A program made the translations under genes and the position numbers. The notes beneath the pieces are model-generated. The model did no database searches. It was not told the origin of the DNA and saw only the letters and a list, made by a program, of their open reading frames with translations. Shown here in pieces: positions 50,061 to 62,700 of a DNA stretch of 64,000 nt; the stretch's first letter is position 1, and each line of letters starts with the position of its first letter. Source of the stretch: Calditrichales bacterium (GTDB taxonomy: Bacteria > Calditrichota > Calditrichia > Calditrichales > J004); contig OZ254086.1 in assembly GCA_965267575.1 (NCBI GenBank), forward strand, positions 4,064,001 through 4,128,000, written 5' to 3'.

Positions 50061-50949
50061 TAAATCTCCTCTTTAACCAATTTGCATCCAGTTCAAATTC
50101 ATATTCATTTTTTAATAGTTTTACACGATTGCGATATTCTTTGGACCGAAATACCTGCAGCCATGATTTGCTTAAGGGCAACACCTGCTTCGAAACAAAC
50201 CACTCAAAAACCTTGTCATTTCTTACATCCCGCAAGCCGCCAAGTTCAACGGCCCAGGCAACAACATGCAACGGGTACTCTTTTGTGTCCCTGATAATCG
50301 CCTCTAATTTAGCCTGATCGGCAGGATTTTCATAATGGAATATTCTGGAATACAGGGCCGCATTATGATAATGATCCGGTATGTTGATAATACCTTTCAT
50401 GCCGAGCCTCCAAACAGCTATGGCAAGCAGCTCCAGGATTTTTGGAGATAGCCCGAGTCCGGGATATTGCTGGCCGGGAAGAGCGGGCCTTTCTCTCGGA
50501 AACGGTTTGCGCGGGTTTTGAAGCAAAAGCCATTCTATGATCAACGATTCCATTTTCTTGCCTTTAAGATCCGTATCGAATGGCACATCAACGCTAACGG
50601 CATCCCGCCGCACAACGATCTCCGCAAGCTTTGTATCATCGCTTTTTTTATCAAAAAAAATGCGCAGGCAGTGTTTGTACGGGTCACTGACGTCCAAATC
50701 AATCATAATATCTTTGTAGCCCTTTTTCGCCAGGGCGCTGTAAATGCCGTATTTTTTCAATACCAGTTCAAGCCCGGCTTTGGAATAGAAACCGAGAAAA
50801 AGGTTGTGCCCTCTTTTCCCTATGTTCAAATTAAAGAAATCCTCTTCGACCAGATCAATGCTGATATTCTCGCGCTGCAGCTCGTTAAAAGTCAGGCGCT
50901 GAGCTATCTTCCAGAACTTCCGGCTTACGGGAAATACGGCTTTATCCAT
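50035..50949 (-). CDS. Conserved hypothetical protein, possibly GNAT-fold acyltransferase
   Basis: LIIEWLLLQNP...LPGQQYPGLGL resembles a beta-strand followed by acyl-CoA motif A (QxxGxG); overlaps both neighbours. Confidence 0.55.
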   Translation of the reverse strand: MDKAVFPVSRKFWKIAQRLTFNELQRENISIDLVEEDFFNLNIGKRGHNLFLGFYSKAGLELVLKKYGIYSALAKKGYKDIMIDLDVSDPYKHCLRIFFDKKSDDTKLAEIVVRRDAVSVDVPFDTDLKGKKMESLIIEWLLLQNPRKPFPRERPALPGQQYPGLGLSPKILELLAIAVWRLGMKGIINIPDHYHNAALYSRIFHYENPADQAKLEAIIRDTKEYPLHVVAWAVELGGLRDVRNDKVFEWFVSKQVLPLSKSWLQVFRSKEYRNRVKLLKNEYEFELDANWLKRRFNEDQSKPN

Positions 50950-51862
50950 TTTGCAACGCTTCCTTTATAAAATCAAAATAGACTTCCCAGCTGTTTGGCC
51001 CGTACCCGCCGGCCGGCAGGACGGCCATTGGAATATTATAATTGCGTGACAGGCGGTAAATAAACATGTTTCTTTCCAGCATCGCGCTGCGGCTTATCTT
51101 CATATCCGCCAGCGTATCATATTCATACGGGTCGGAACCGGCGATAAAGAAAATCAAATCCGGCTCGAAATCGCCCAAAACGTCCGGAACTTCTTTTTTT
51201 ATCAGCTCCAGGTATTTGCGGTTGCTGATTTCCGAAGGAACCAGGATATCTGTATTGGAGCGGCAATCAACGTCCACCCAGTTGTCGGCATGGATGGAAA
51301 ATGTATAAACCCTGGGATCATTTCGAAATATCAGCGCATTGCCGTTGCCCTGGTGATAATCCAGATCGATAACCAATACCCGTTTGTTCTCATCCTTTTT
51401 TTGGATTTTTTTTATGGCGATGGCCACGTCATTGATCAAACAAAAGCCTTCTGCTTTGTCCGCATGGGCATGATGAAAACCTCCGGCGAGATTAAAAACA
51501 TTCTTGCCGTGCATACAGGCATAAAAAGCCGCCAGGATTGTCCCGCCGGTCGCCGCCCGGAAATATTCCAAAATGGTATTTTCCCAGATGGAGTTGACAT
51601 TTACACGTAAGGCCTGGTTTACAAAAACAGGGTCCTGGATGTGCTTGACATATTTTTCCGTGTGTGCCAGCCGTATATCATCATAGCTGCAGGGCTCGGG
51701 ATAGAGAAAATGTTTGGGCTTTACCAGCCGTGCTTCAACCAGTTCATCGCGGATGCGCTTGAATTTCTGGACCTCAAACGCCGCGTCGGACATGGCCGAG
51801 AGACCCACCGTGTATTGCGAGGAAAAAATTACGCGCGGCTTTTTTCTTCTTAACAGAGCCAT
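50942..51862 (-). CDS. Zn-dependent histone-deacetylase family protein
   Basis: GGFHHA, GFCLIND, DLDYHQGNG, GSD, GGY. Confidence 0.92.
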   Translation of the reverse strand: MALLRRKKPRVIFSSQYTVGLSAMSDAAFEVQKFKRIRDELVEARLVKPKHFLYPEPCSYDDIRLAHTEKYVKHIQDPVFVNQALRVNVNSIWENTILEYFRAATGGTILAAFYACMHGKNVFNLAGGFHHAHADKAEGFCLINDVAIAIKKIQKKDENKRVLVIDLDYHQGNGNALIFRNDPRVYTFSIHADNWVDVDCRSNTDILVPSEISNRKYLELIKKEVPDVLGDFEPDLIFFIAGSDPYEYDTLADMKISRSAMLERNMFIYRLSRNYNIPMAVLPAGGYGPNSWEVYFDFIKEALQNG

Positions 51863-52863
51863 CAGATGCTGATTTCTCCTGCCCAGTTCTGGAAAAACTG
51901 ATGTATCATTTGTTCCCTGGATAATCCGCTTGCCAGGATTTTCATAATTTTAACATAGGCCGCTTCGATCGTCATGTCCTTTATGCCTACGGCGCCTGCT
52001 TCGGCAACGTCATGGCCACTCTCATAAAGCGAAAGGTCCACACTGCCCTTGAGACTGTGACTGCCCACAAAAACAATCTTACCCTGTTTCCCCGCGCTTT
52101 TGATAAACTCGAGCCAGCGGTCATGTCTTTTCTCCGGAATATTGCCGGCGCCAAAGCCGATCATCAAAAAAGCTTTTGTTGCTTCCGTATCAAGCAGCGG
52201 GAAGTAAACATCGGCGCGGCCCTGCGGCAGGACCGGAATTACCTGCAGGCTGTCATCAAATGCGGGATCATAACGGTAGGCTCCGGTATGACGGAAAAGC
52301 AGTTTTTCGTCAACATGCAGGTTAAGGCCGATCTCGCCCACCATTGGATAATTGGGGGAAGTAAATGCATCGTAGCTGAAAATGCTGATCTTTTTTGCCC
52401 TGTTGGCCCGGTGTATCTGCTGCCCGAAAACAATAAGCACCTCTTCGATGGCCAGGGTGGCTGTTTCGACGGCATCAATTAAATTGAGCCTCGCGTCCGA
52501 TCGCAGGCGGGACAAAGGACGCTGCGCCCCCGTAAAGATGACCGGCTTCTTCAGATTGCGTAAAGCATAGGAAACAGCCGTGGCTGAATAAACCATTGTA
52601 TCTGTTCCATGAATAACAACAAAACCGTCATAATTTGCCATGCGCTTATCGATCATTTCCGCCAGACTGATCCAGTGCTCCAAAGCAACGTTGGAACTGT
52701 CTTCGTTAAACAGCACCTCAATATCAACATCCGCCAGCTTGATGATCTCAGGGGCATAGCGCGTTATCTGGTCCAGCAGGTTACCGGGAGCCAGCACGTC
52801 GTCCGGTTCCATGGGCTCCATTCCAAAGGTGCCGCCGGTATGAAGCAAAAGTATCTTTTTCAT
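51862..52863 (-). CDS. ansA: Type I L-asparaginase/glutaminase
   Basis: HTGGT, DSS, HGTDTM, TGAQ, SDA. Confidence 0.88.
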   Translation of the reverse strand: MKKILLLHTGGTFGMEPMEPDDVLAPGNLLDQITRYAPEIIKLADVDIEVLFNEDSSNVALEHWISLAEMIDKRMANYDGFVVIHGTDTMVYSATAVSYALRNLKKPVIFTGAQRPLSRLRSDARLNLIDAVETATLAIEEVLIVFGQQIHRANRAKKISIFSYDAFTSPNYPMVGEIGLNLHVDEKLLFRHTGAYRYDPAFDDSLQVIPVLPQGRADVYFPLLDTEATKAFLMIGFGAGNIPEKRHDRWLEFIKSAGKQGKIVFVGSHSLKGSVDLSLYESGHDVAEAGAVGIKDMTIEAAYVKIMKILASGLSREQMIHQFFQNWAGEISI

Positions 52864-52996
52864 AAAGTATTTTATGGTTTACGTCACAGCCAAACAGCAG
52901 CCAGCCGATTACACTAATATGCAAAAAAAAGAGGAAATTTCCTGAACCATTTAATCCCCAAATGCCATTAGGAAGTTTCCTCGACGATATAAAAAG

Positions 52997-53025
52997 AAAA
53001 GCCGCTGAATTTCAGCGGCTTTTTT
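52997..53025. terminator. Intrinsic terminator downstream of ppdK
   Basis: aaaagccgctgaa-t-ttcagcggctttt hairpin with A and T tails, about 20 nt after the ppdK stop. Confidence 0.8.
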
Positions 53026-53043
53026 GTTTTTGCTGTGCTAAAA

Positions 53044-55683
53044 TCAGGCTTGTTTCTTCAAGGCTGATTGTGCCGCAGCCAGCAAGGCAATCGGCACGCG
53101 GAACGGTGAGCAGGAGACATAGTCCATGCCAACCGAATGGCAGAATTCCACGGAATGCGGTTCACCGCCATGCTCGCCACAAATGCCGACCTTCAGTTTC
53201 GGATTTGCGTTGCGGCCCTTATCGGCTCCCATCTGAACAAGCTGCCCAACACCATTCTGATCCAGAACCTGGAACGGGTCGAAAGGCAGGATTTTGCTGT
53301 CGATATAGGCCGGCAAAAACTTACCTGCGTCATCGCGGCTGTACCCGAAGGTCATCTGTGTCAGGTCATTCGTACCAAAGGAGAAGAACTCGGCGACTTC
53401 GGCGATTTTATCAGCCGTGAGCGCGGCACGGGGTACTTCGATCATAGTGCCAACCAGGTATTTAACCTTGTGGCCTTTTTCATCAAATACCTTTTGCGCT
53501 GTTTCATTGATCACCGCTTTCTGATTGGAAAGCTCTTCGACCGTACCAACCAGCGGAACCATAATTTCCGGCAGGACCTCAACACCCTCTTTGGAGAGCT
53601 CAACGGCTGCTTCGATAATTGCCCGTGTTTGCATCTCGGTAATTTCCGGGAATGTAACACCCAGGCGGCATCCGCGGTGTCCCAGCATCGGGTTGAATTC
53701 ATCAAGAGACTCTACTTTTTGCTTAATCACATCAACCGAAACATCCAGGTCATCGGCCATTTCTTTCTGCCCTTTTTCATCATGCGGCAGAAATTCATGC
53801 AATGGCGGGTCAAGCAAACGGATCGTAACAGGCAATCCTTTCATCGCTTTAAAAATACCGATGAAGTCGCTCTTCTGGTAAGGCAGCAGCTTGTTGAGCG
53901 CTTTTTTGCGCTTATCTGCGTCATCGGAAAGGATCATTTCGCGCACGGCACGAATGCGATCGCCTTCAAAGAACATATGTTCTGTGCGGCACAGCCCGAT
54001 ACCCTCGGCGCCAAACTCACGTGCTTTCTGGGAATCACCCGGTGTATCGGCATTGGTACGTACTTTCATGTCACGGAATTTGTTAACCCAGGTCATGAAC
54101 CTTGCAAAATCACCGCTTAGCTCCGGATCAACAAGATCTCTCTGGCCTTTAATAACCTCGCCGGTAGTACCGTTTATGGAGATCCAGTCGCCTTCCTTAA
54201 TCGTAACATTGTTGGTAGAGAAAGATTTTTGTTTGTAGTTGATTACGATATCGCTGCAACCGGCAACGCAGGGTTTACCCCAGCCTCTTGCCACAACCGC
54301 CGCGTGCGACGTCATACCACCGCGCGAGGTCAGGATACCCTGGGCGGCGTCCATACCCCCCACGTCTTCAGGGCTGGTTTCGATTCGCACGAGGATTACA
54401 CGCTGGCCCGCTGCACGTTTTTCTTCAGCCTCATCGGCCGTAAAGCATACCTGGCCGACAGCGGCACCCGGAGAAGCCGGGAGACCTTTCCCGATGACAT
54501 CGTCTTTATAATCTGTTTCATTTTCGAAACGGGGGTGCAGTAATTGATCCAGGTGGTTAGGCTCAACCAGTTTGGCAACCGCTTCTTTTTCATCCACAAG
54601 ACCTTCATCCACCATATCAACGGCAATTTTTACAGCCGCAGTTCCGGTGCGTTTACCATTGCGCGTCTGCAGGATATACAACTTGCCTTCCTGAACGGTG
54701 AATTCGATGTCCTGCATATTTTTATAATGCCTCTCCAGGCGACTGGTCAGCTCAACCAATTCAGTGTGGACCGCGGGCATTTCATCGGATAAACGCTCAA
54801 TCGGTTCCGGTGTACGGATACCGGCCACAACGTCTTCGCCCTGGGCATTAACCAGGTATTCTCCATAAAGCTTGTTCTCACCGGTAGAAGGATTGCGGGT
54901 AAAGCATACGCCGGTGCCGCAATTGTCACCCATATTTCCAAATACCATAGCCTGAACGTTCACGCCGGTACCGTGCAATCCCTGAACTTTATTAATCTGA
55001 CGATATTTGATGGCACGCGGTGCATTCCACGAATTAAAAACCGCGTTAATCGAATATTCAAGCTGTTCACGCGGATCTTCGGGGAACATGTGTCCGGTCT
55101 TTTTGCGGTAAATAGCTTTATAGCGGTCAACGAGAATCTTCAGATCATCGGCCGAAAGATCGGTGTCGTTTTCAACGCCGCGCTCTTTTTTAAGCCCTTC
55201 GATTGCTTCTTCGAAATGCTCGTGACTTACGCCCATAACCACATCGCCAAACATATCAATAAAGCGGCGATAAGAGTCATAGGCAAAGCGCTCATTGCCT
55301 GTTTTCTTAACCAGTCCTTCAACAACACTGTCGTTAAGACCGAGATTCAACACGGTGTCCATCATGCCGGGCATGGAAATAGCAGCGCCCGAACGCACGG
55401 AAACCATCAGCGGATTTTCCGGATCTCCAAATTTTTCGCCCATCGCCTTTTCCACAAACTGAATGCCGCGCTCTACTTCGCCCTTAAGGCTGGACGGCCA
55501 CTTCTTGTCGTGGTCATTATAATAATGGCACCCTTCAGTGCTTATGGTAAATCCGGGCGGTACAGGTAATCCGGTAGCGCTCATTTCAGCAAGGTTAGCG
55601 CCTTTACCTCCAAGTAACTGGCGCATGGTTGCGTTACCTTCTGCCTGCCCGTTACCAAATGTATATACATATTTTTCTGCCAT
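53044..55683 (-). CDS. ppdK: Pyruvate, phosphate dikinase
   Basis: [51 protein letters not shown]. Confidence 0.98.
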   Translation of the reverse strand: MAEKYVYTFGNGQAEGNATMRQLLGGKGANLAEMSATGLPVPPGFTISTEGCHYYNDHDKKWPSSLKGEVERGIQFVEKAMGEKFGDPENPLMVSVRSGAAISMPGMMDTVLNLGLNDSVVEGLVKKTGNERFAYDSYRRFIDMFGDVVMGVSHEHFEEAIEGLKKERGVENDTDLSADDLKILVDRYKAIYRKKTGHMFPEDPREQLEYSINAVFNSWNAPRAIKYRQINKVQGLHGTGVNVQAMVFGNMGDNCGTGVCFTRNPSTGENKLYGEYLVNAQGEDVVAGIRTPEPIERLSDEMPAVHTELVELTSRLERHYKNMQDIEFTVQEGKLYILQTRNGKRTGTAAVKIAVDMVDEGLVDEKEAVAKLVEPNHLDQLLHPRFENETDYKDDVIGKGLPASPGAAVGQVCFTADEAEEKRAAGQRVILVRIETSPEDVGGMDAAQGILTSRGGMTSHAAVVARGWGKPCVAGCSDIVINYKQKSFSTNNVTIKEGDWISINGTTGEVIKGQRDLVDPELSGDFARFMTWVNKFRDMKVRTNADTPGDSQKAREFGAEGIGLCRTEHMFFEGDRIRAVREMILSDDADKRKKALNKLLPYQKSDFIGIFKAMKGLPVTIRLLDPPLHEFLPHDEKGQKEMADDLDVSVDVIKQKVESLDEFNPMLGHRGCRLGVTFPEITEMQTRAIIEAAVELSKEGVEVLPEIMVPLVGTVEELSNQKAVINETAQKVFDEKGHKVKYLVGTMIEVPRAALTADKIAEVAEFFSFGTNDLTQMTFGYSRDDAGKFLPAYIDSKILPFDPFQVLDQNGVGQLVQMGADKGRNANPKLKVGICGEHGGEPHSVEFCHSVGMDYVSCSPFRVPIALLAAAQSALKKQA

Positions 55684-56024
55684 CGCAGCCTCCGATCAAG
55701 GTTTTTGTCGTTAAAAAGTACGAATTTTAAAGATACGATCACCACACAACGATTTCAAGAAGAATTCACGTTTCTTGAATACATTCCCAAATAATCAATT
55801 ATTCCGCTCTGTATAGGGAAACGACGGGCTTCGGGTGACATTTATCACAACCGACATTGCCTGTATAAACCAACTTTGTCCACGTAAAAAGGGGTTAATT
55901 TTTTTTATTCAGCACAACCACTAAAGATAAATAAGACGTTCAGAAAGTTATTCATAGCAGGGGCGGCAAAGGGACCTTGCTTTATTCTGCTATGGTCGTT
56001 CAGGGGCAATAAAAAGGAGGCTCG

Positions 56025-56762
56025 GTGTCTGCCTTAATTATTGATTTCGACAACAGGGATGATTTAGACGATATCAACAATGTTCTCAAAAACGTAAATG
56101 GCTGGGAAATACATTACGTAGACGATTTTTCAGATCGTCTTGCAAATCTTGAATTAAAAATCAAAAACTATGAAATAGATTTCCTTATTTGCACACGCAT
56201 TTTTTCGGGCAATATATCACAGGGGCTAAATAACTTACGCAATCGTTATCCGTTGCTAACAATAATCTACTATAATGCTGTTCTCAAGGAGAATGATTTT
56301 GCGGAGCTTTACCGCGCAGGTATCAAATATTGCTTTATAGGAGATTGTCGCCAGGACCATCTAAAAAGTACGCTTCTTCGTTTGCGTGATGACCACTGGC
56401 GGCGGGTACCGGAGCACGTATACGAAACACCATACCATAAACTGCCGGCCCGCGCCAAACGGATTTTGAAATTTATTGAGACAAATCCGATTCGCAAATG
56501 CTCTGTTAATTGTCTGGCAGATCACCTGCGTATCTCCCCCAGCCACATGCGTAAAGAGTTCAAACGTCTGTTCGGGATCAATTTCCGTGAATTCAAAAAC
56601 AGGCTGTTTACGAATTATGAAGATGTATTGCTCTTTGAGAAATCACTAAAGCCCGGGGATATTTTTAAAACGCTAAACTATACAAACCTCTCGGCTTTCA
56701 GTCGTTCTTTTCGTGCCCGCCACGGGGATTCCTGGCAGGCTCTCGTTCGTCAAAAAAATTAA
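56025..56762 (+). CDS. AraC-family regulator with receiver-like N-terminal domain
   Basis: aggagg RBS then GTG; LADHLRISPSHMRKEFK and YTNLSAFSRSFR helix-turn-helix motifs. Confidence 0.75.
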   Translation: MSALIIDFDNRDDLDDINNVLKNVNGWEIHYVDDFSDRLANLELKIKNYEIDFLICTRIFSGNISQGLNNLRNRYPLLTIIYYNAVLKENDFAELYRAGIKYCFIGDCRQDHLKSTLLRLRDDHWRRVPEHVYETPYHKLPARAKRILKFIETNPIRKCSVNCLADHLRISPSHMRKEFKRLFGINFREFKNRLFTNYEDVLLFEKSLKPGDIFKTLNYTNLSAFSRSFRARHGDSWQALVRQKN

Positions 56763-56788
56763 AAATTAAAAAAACGGTATATACGGCT

Positions 56789-59700
56789 ATGGCAACCACA
56801 AAAGATTACAACAGTCCCGGTTTTCGTCCCACCACACTTGTTGATTTATTACGTTGGCGGGCGACAACGCAGCCGGAGCAACGCGCGTTTACATTTCTGG
56901 TAGACGGCAACAAAAAGGAAGTACGCCTTACCTACGCCGATCTGGACAAAAAGGCACGTGCTTTTGCGGCCATGCTTCAGTCTAAAGGGCTTGCCGGAGA
57001 GCGCGCCCTGCTGCTCTACCCCCCGGGCATTGACTATATCATCGCTTTTTTTGGTTGTCTGTACGCGGGCGTGATTGCCGTACCGGCTTATCCGCCCGAT
57101 CCCAATCGCCTGAACCGAACGCTGCCCAGGCTGCAGGCGATCGTAAAGGATGCCCAGTCCATTGCAGCGCTGACCAACGATACGATCATGTATATGATTA
57201 AAATTCTGAAGCTGGGCAGCAAATTCAGCGATACAATGGAGCGTATGCCCGTCTTGCGCAAGTTCCGTACAACCATGAACTACTTCAGCAAGCAAACCAC
57301 GGGTATCGCTCAGGCGGACCTTGGCACACTGCTCTGGATTTCATCGGATGACGTGGTGGACAGCCTTGCCGATGCCTGGAAAGAGCCGAAGATCGGTCCG
57401 GATTCGATCGCCTTTTTACAGTATACCTCCGGCTCCACCGGCGTGCCCAAAGGTGTGATGCTGACACACGAAAACCTGCTGGTAAACTCCGCCCATATCT
57501 ATAGCGCTTTTGGCTATTCCAAAAACACGGAAGGCGTCATCTGGCTTCCTATCTATCATGATATGGGATTGATTGGTGGTGTCCTGCAGCCTATCTACGG
57601 CGGCATGCCAACTACGCTGATCTCTCCCGTCCATTTTCTGCAAAGGCCTTTGCGCTGGCTGGAAGCAATTAGCCGTATTGAGGGCAAGGAAATCGTTAGC
57701 GGCGGGCCCAATTTTGCTTATGACCTGTGCGTCAAAAAAGTAACACCGCAACACCTCGAAACGCTCGATCTGAGTAATTGGAAGGTGGCTTTCAGCGGCG
57801 CTGAACCGGTACGCCAGGAAACCATAGACCGCTTTTACAACACTTTCAAAGACAATGGCTTTAAGAAAAGCAGCTTCCTTTCCTGCTATGGACTTGCCGA
57901 AGCCACGCTGTACGTAACCGGTGTTTCCACCGATATTGATCCGCCCGAGATATTCCTTAACCGCAAAGAGCTGCAAAAAGGCAAAGCGGTGGAAGTGGAT
58001 CAGGAGCATCCGGAGGCCAAAGGTATGGTAAGCTGCGGCCATCCGCCCGAAGACCAGGTTGTGGCTATCGTTAATCCCGAAACTTTTGAGCGCGTAAAGG
58101 GCAATGACAGCGGTGAAATATGGGTGATGGGACCAAACGTGGCCAAGGGTTACTGGAATCGTGAAGATGCCACAAAGGAAACATTCCAGGCTTACATAAA
58201 AGAGACCAATGAAGGACCGTTTTTGCGCACCGGTGATCTTGGCTATATCAAAGACGGCGAATTATTTATCACCGGCCGCGTCAAAGATCTTATCATTATC
58301 CGCGGGCGCAATTACTATCCGCAGGATATTGAGTTTCTCGTTGAAAATGCTCATGAAGCGATCCGCCCCGGCTGTACGGCCGCTTTCTCCGTGGAAGAAG
58401 ACAGCGAAGAGAAACTGGTGATCGTTGCCGAATTGCGGCAGCATAAAAACCTGCCTTTTGAAGAGATCGTGGCCATGATCCGCCAGATCATTACGGAAAC
58501 TAATGATATCCGCGTGCATGCGATCGTCTTGATCAAACCGCGCACAATTTCCAAGACTTCCAGCGGCAAAATCCAGCGTCATGCGGTAAAGAATGAGTAT
58601 GAAGACGGCACCCTCAAGGTCGTGCATGACTGGAAAAGCACAGCCACCATATCCGAAGCCAGCCTGATCGAGCAGCAAGTTGAGGATGAGGAACCCGAAA
58701 AGGTTTCTGAAGCGGATTATGATCAAGACTACGATGAATCCGATGAGGACGACCTGCCTGCCAGCAAAGGCGAGACGGCCATGGAAGTGGAGCGCTGGCT
58801 TATTGCGCACTTGGCCGAAGCACTCGCAGTAGACAAAAAGGAAATCGATATTCGCAAACCTTTCGTCAGCTATGGTTTGGATTCGGCTCAGGCCATTGGT
58901 TTGGTTGGCGACCTGGAAGAGCACATCGGCCGGCCGCTCAGCCCGACAATCATTTGGGATTACCCCAACATTGAAAAATTGTCTCTTTACATTGAAGGCG
59001 AAGGACGTATTCGTCCCGTTAAGAGAAGAACAAAGACCGCGGCGTCAGACAACGAACCGATTGCCATTATCGGCTACAGCCTGCGCATGCCCCAGGCCCG
59101 CAATGCAGAAGAATTCTGGCAAAACCTGGTGGACGGGAAAGATTGCATCAGCGAAGTGCCGCCAACGCGCTGGAATGCCGACGATTTTTATGATCCCAAT
59201 CCCGGAACGCCTGCAAAAATGATTACACGCTGGGGCGGATTCCTCGATGACGTGGACCAGTTTGACCCGCAATTCTTTGGCATTTCGCCGCGTGAAGCGC
59301 CACATATGGACCCGCAGCAGCGCATGTTGCTGGAAGTCTCCTTTGAGGCGTTGGAAAACGCCGGCCTCAACATGCAGGGCGTGTCCGGCAGCAACACCGG
59401 TGTATTTATCGCCATCAGCGGCAACGACTACCTGCGTTTGCAAATAGGCGACTTCAAAAAGCTGGACGCTTATTCCGGCACGGGCAACGCCTTTAGCATT
59501 GCCGCCAACCGTCTTTCGTACATATATGATTTCAAAGGCCCCAGTTTCATCGTTGACACAGCCTGTTCATCATCGTTAGTGGCGGTGCATAATGCGGTTA
59601 CCAGTCTGCGTCGCGGTGAATGCGAGATGGCGCTGGCCGGTGGGGTGAACCTTATCCTTGCGCCGGACGTGACCATTACCTTTTCACAAGCGCGGATGAT

Positions 59701-62700
59701 GTCGCCAAATGGCCGCTGCAAAACGTTTGACGCCGATGCCGATGGCTATGTGCGCGGTGACGGTGTCGGTGTTGTGGTGCTAAAGCGCTTAAGCGACGCC
59801 CTGCAGGACGGTGACAATATCCGTGCGGTCATTCGCGGATCGGCCATCAACCAGGATGGACGCAGCAACGGCATTACCGCGCCCAACGGATTGATGCAGC
59901 AGGCCTGTATCCGTGCCGCGCTGGAAGACGCCAACGTTAAACCCGCAGATGTGGGCTATTTTGAAACGCATGGAACCGGTACATCGCTGGGTGATCCGAT
60001 TGAGACGGAAGCGATGCGCGCCGTCATGACCGAGGGCCGCGAAGAGGGCGATCAACTGATCATTGGTTCGGTTAAAACAAATATCGGGCACCTGGAATCG
60101 GCAGCGGGCATATCGGGATTGTTAAAAGCGATCATGACCCTGGAAAACGGTCAAATTCCCAAACACCTGCATTTTAAGACGCTTAATCCGCATATTAAGC
60201 TGGATGAAAAATATATTAAGATTGCCACCGAGACGATGCCCTGGCCTACCTCCGGGAAAAAGCGTATTGCCGGTGTTAGCGCCTACGGCTTCGGCGGCAC
60301 AAACGCCCATATCGTGCTGGAAGAGGCGCCGGAGAGCAACCGTGTTACTGAAAGAACCAATACCGTTTCCGGCCACGCACATATCCTGGTAATGAGCGCG
60401 CACAGCCCGGAAGCATTGAAGGAAATGGCCGCCGGCTATCACAAAGAATTATCAAAAGAAAAATACGAAAGCGATAGGCTTTATACCGATTTTGTCTACT
60501 CGGCTGCCGTGCACCGTGGTCATTTCGATTTTTCCGCCACCGTTATTGCCACAGACCGCAAAGACATGCTGGAGAAGCTGGAAAACTTTGCAACAGAGCC
60601 GCCGGTTGCCGGTGTCGTTAAGGATACGGCCGAAGCCAATCCGGCCGCCAAGACCGTTTTTGTTTTTAGCGGTCAGGGGCCGCAATGGTACGCCATGGGG
60701 CGTCAGCTATACAAAACCCAGCCTGTTTACCGCCAAACCGTAGATCAGATCGATCGTATGCTGAAGGAGCATGCGCCGTGGTCGCTACTGGAAGAGCTGG
60801 AAAAACCGGAAGAAGCCAGCCGCGTCTCTGAAACAGAGATTGCCCAGCCGGCCATTTTTGCGCTTCAGGTGGCGCTGGCCCGTTTATGGGAATCGTGGGG
60901 CGTGCGTCCCGCCGCGGTGGTCGGACACAGTGTCGGTGAAATTGCCGCCGCCCATATTTCCGGCATGCTGACCCTGAAAGACGCCGTAAAAGTGATTTAT
61001 CATCGTGGAAGGTTGATGCAGCGTGCCACGGGCTTTGGCAAGATGGCTTCGCTGGATCTGCCGCTGGACAAAGCAAAAGAGGCCATTGCCGGGCACACCG
61101 ACAAACTGGGGATAGCCGCACACAACAGCCCCGAAAACACGGTCATATCCGGTGAAGAGGAAGCGCTTAAGGAAGTTGTAACCAAGCTGGAAAAAGACGG
61201 CGTTTACTGCAAGATCATGCGCGTCAACTATGCTTTCCACAGTCCGCACATGGAGCCGTTCAAGCAGGAGCTTATCGATGCCCTGGAAGGAATCAAACCT
61301 TACAAAGCGCGCATACCGATTTACTCCACACTGCATGGCGAGCAGGCCAAAGATAATGATTACGATCCGGTTTACTGGAGCAACAACATCCGCGAAAAGG
61401 TCAGTTTTGCAGAAGCCGCGCTTAAAATAATCGAAGAAGGATACACACAATTTGTTGAGATCGCGCCTCACTCGGTGCTGGCCGGTTCCGTTTCGCAGTG
61501 CCTGCGTTCCGCGCGCAAACAGGGGCTGATTGTAAACAGCCTGAAGCGCCAGGAAGACGAGCAGATGACAATGTTGCTGGCGGCGGGCGCCCTTTTCTGC
61601 CGCGGACATCAGATCTACTGGAAAAAAATCTTTCCTGCCGGCGCGCGTTTTACACCGCTGCCCCTCTATCCCTGGCAGCACGAGCGCTACTGGTTTGACC
61701 TGAAAGGCAACGATCCGCGTAATGCCCCCATTTTCCGGCGCTCCACCGTACATGACGAAAACGGCCATCCGCTTGTGGGTTCGGCCAAAGAAGCGCCGCT
61801 AACGCCGGGCAAGCGTTTTTATGAAACAGTCATTGACACAGACCGCCTGCCTTACCTGAAAGACCATAAAATTCAGGAATCGATTGTTTTTCCGGCAACC
61901 GGTTATATTGAAATGGCTCTCGCGGCCAGCGGCAACAACGGCGCCCCGCTGGAACTGAGCGATCTGAACTTTTTCAGAGCCATGTTTCTCAATAACGACA
62001 AAGAAACACCGGTGCAGGTGGTTTACAGCCCCACCACCAATCATTCGGCAACCGTGCAGGTATTCAGCCTGGCCGATTCCGCCGATGCCCGGTCGAGCCG
62101 TTCCTGGCAAATGAACAGCATGGGTTTTCTGCGCCTTCTTGATGGCGAAAACCTGGCCGAAACGGGCGACAAACTGGATGATATCCGCAAGCGCTGCAAT
62201 AGCGAAATGCCTGTTAATACTTTCTTTGATAAAATGCGTGAAAAAGGCCTGCAGTACGGCCCAAGCTTCCAGGGCGTTCGCGCCATCTGGCAGGGGCATA
62301 AAGAGGCCCTGGCCCAAATCCGTATTGCTGATGAACTTAAAGACCAGGTCAAAGAATACCGGCTGCACCCGGCCCTGCTCGACTCCTGTCTGCAGGTGTT
62401 ATCGGCCAGTTTCCGCGGGGACGAGATGGACAGCGATAACAGCACTTTTATGCCGGTAAGCATAGGACGTATGCGCCTGCTGGAAAACAGCGCTGATGAG
62501 GTCTGGTGTCATGCGAAATTGCATCCGAATGAAAACGGGCGTCAGGACAGCATAAGCGGCGATATTTTATTGTATACGCCGGACGGCAAAGTGCTAGCCG
62601 AACTCAGCGCGCTGAAGCTGCAGCGTCTCGGCCAGCAACAGCAGGAATCATTGGGTGAAATGCTTTACAAAGTAGAGTGGCAGGAAGAGCCGCTTGGCAC

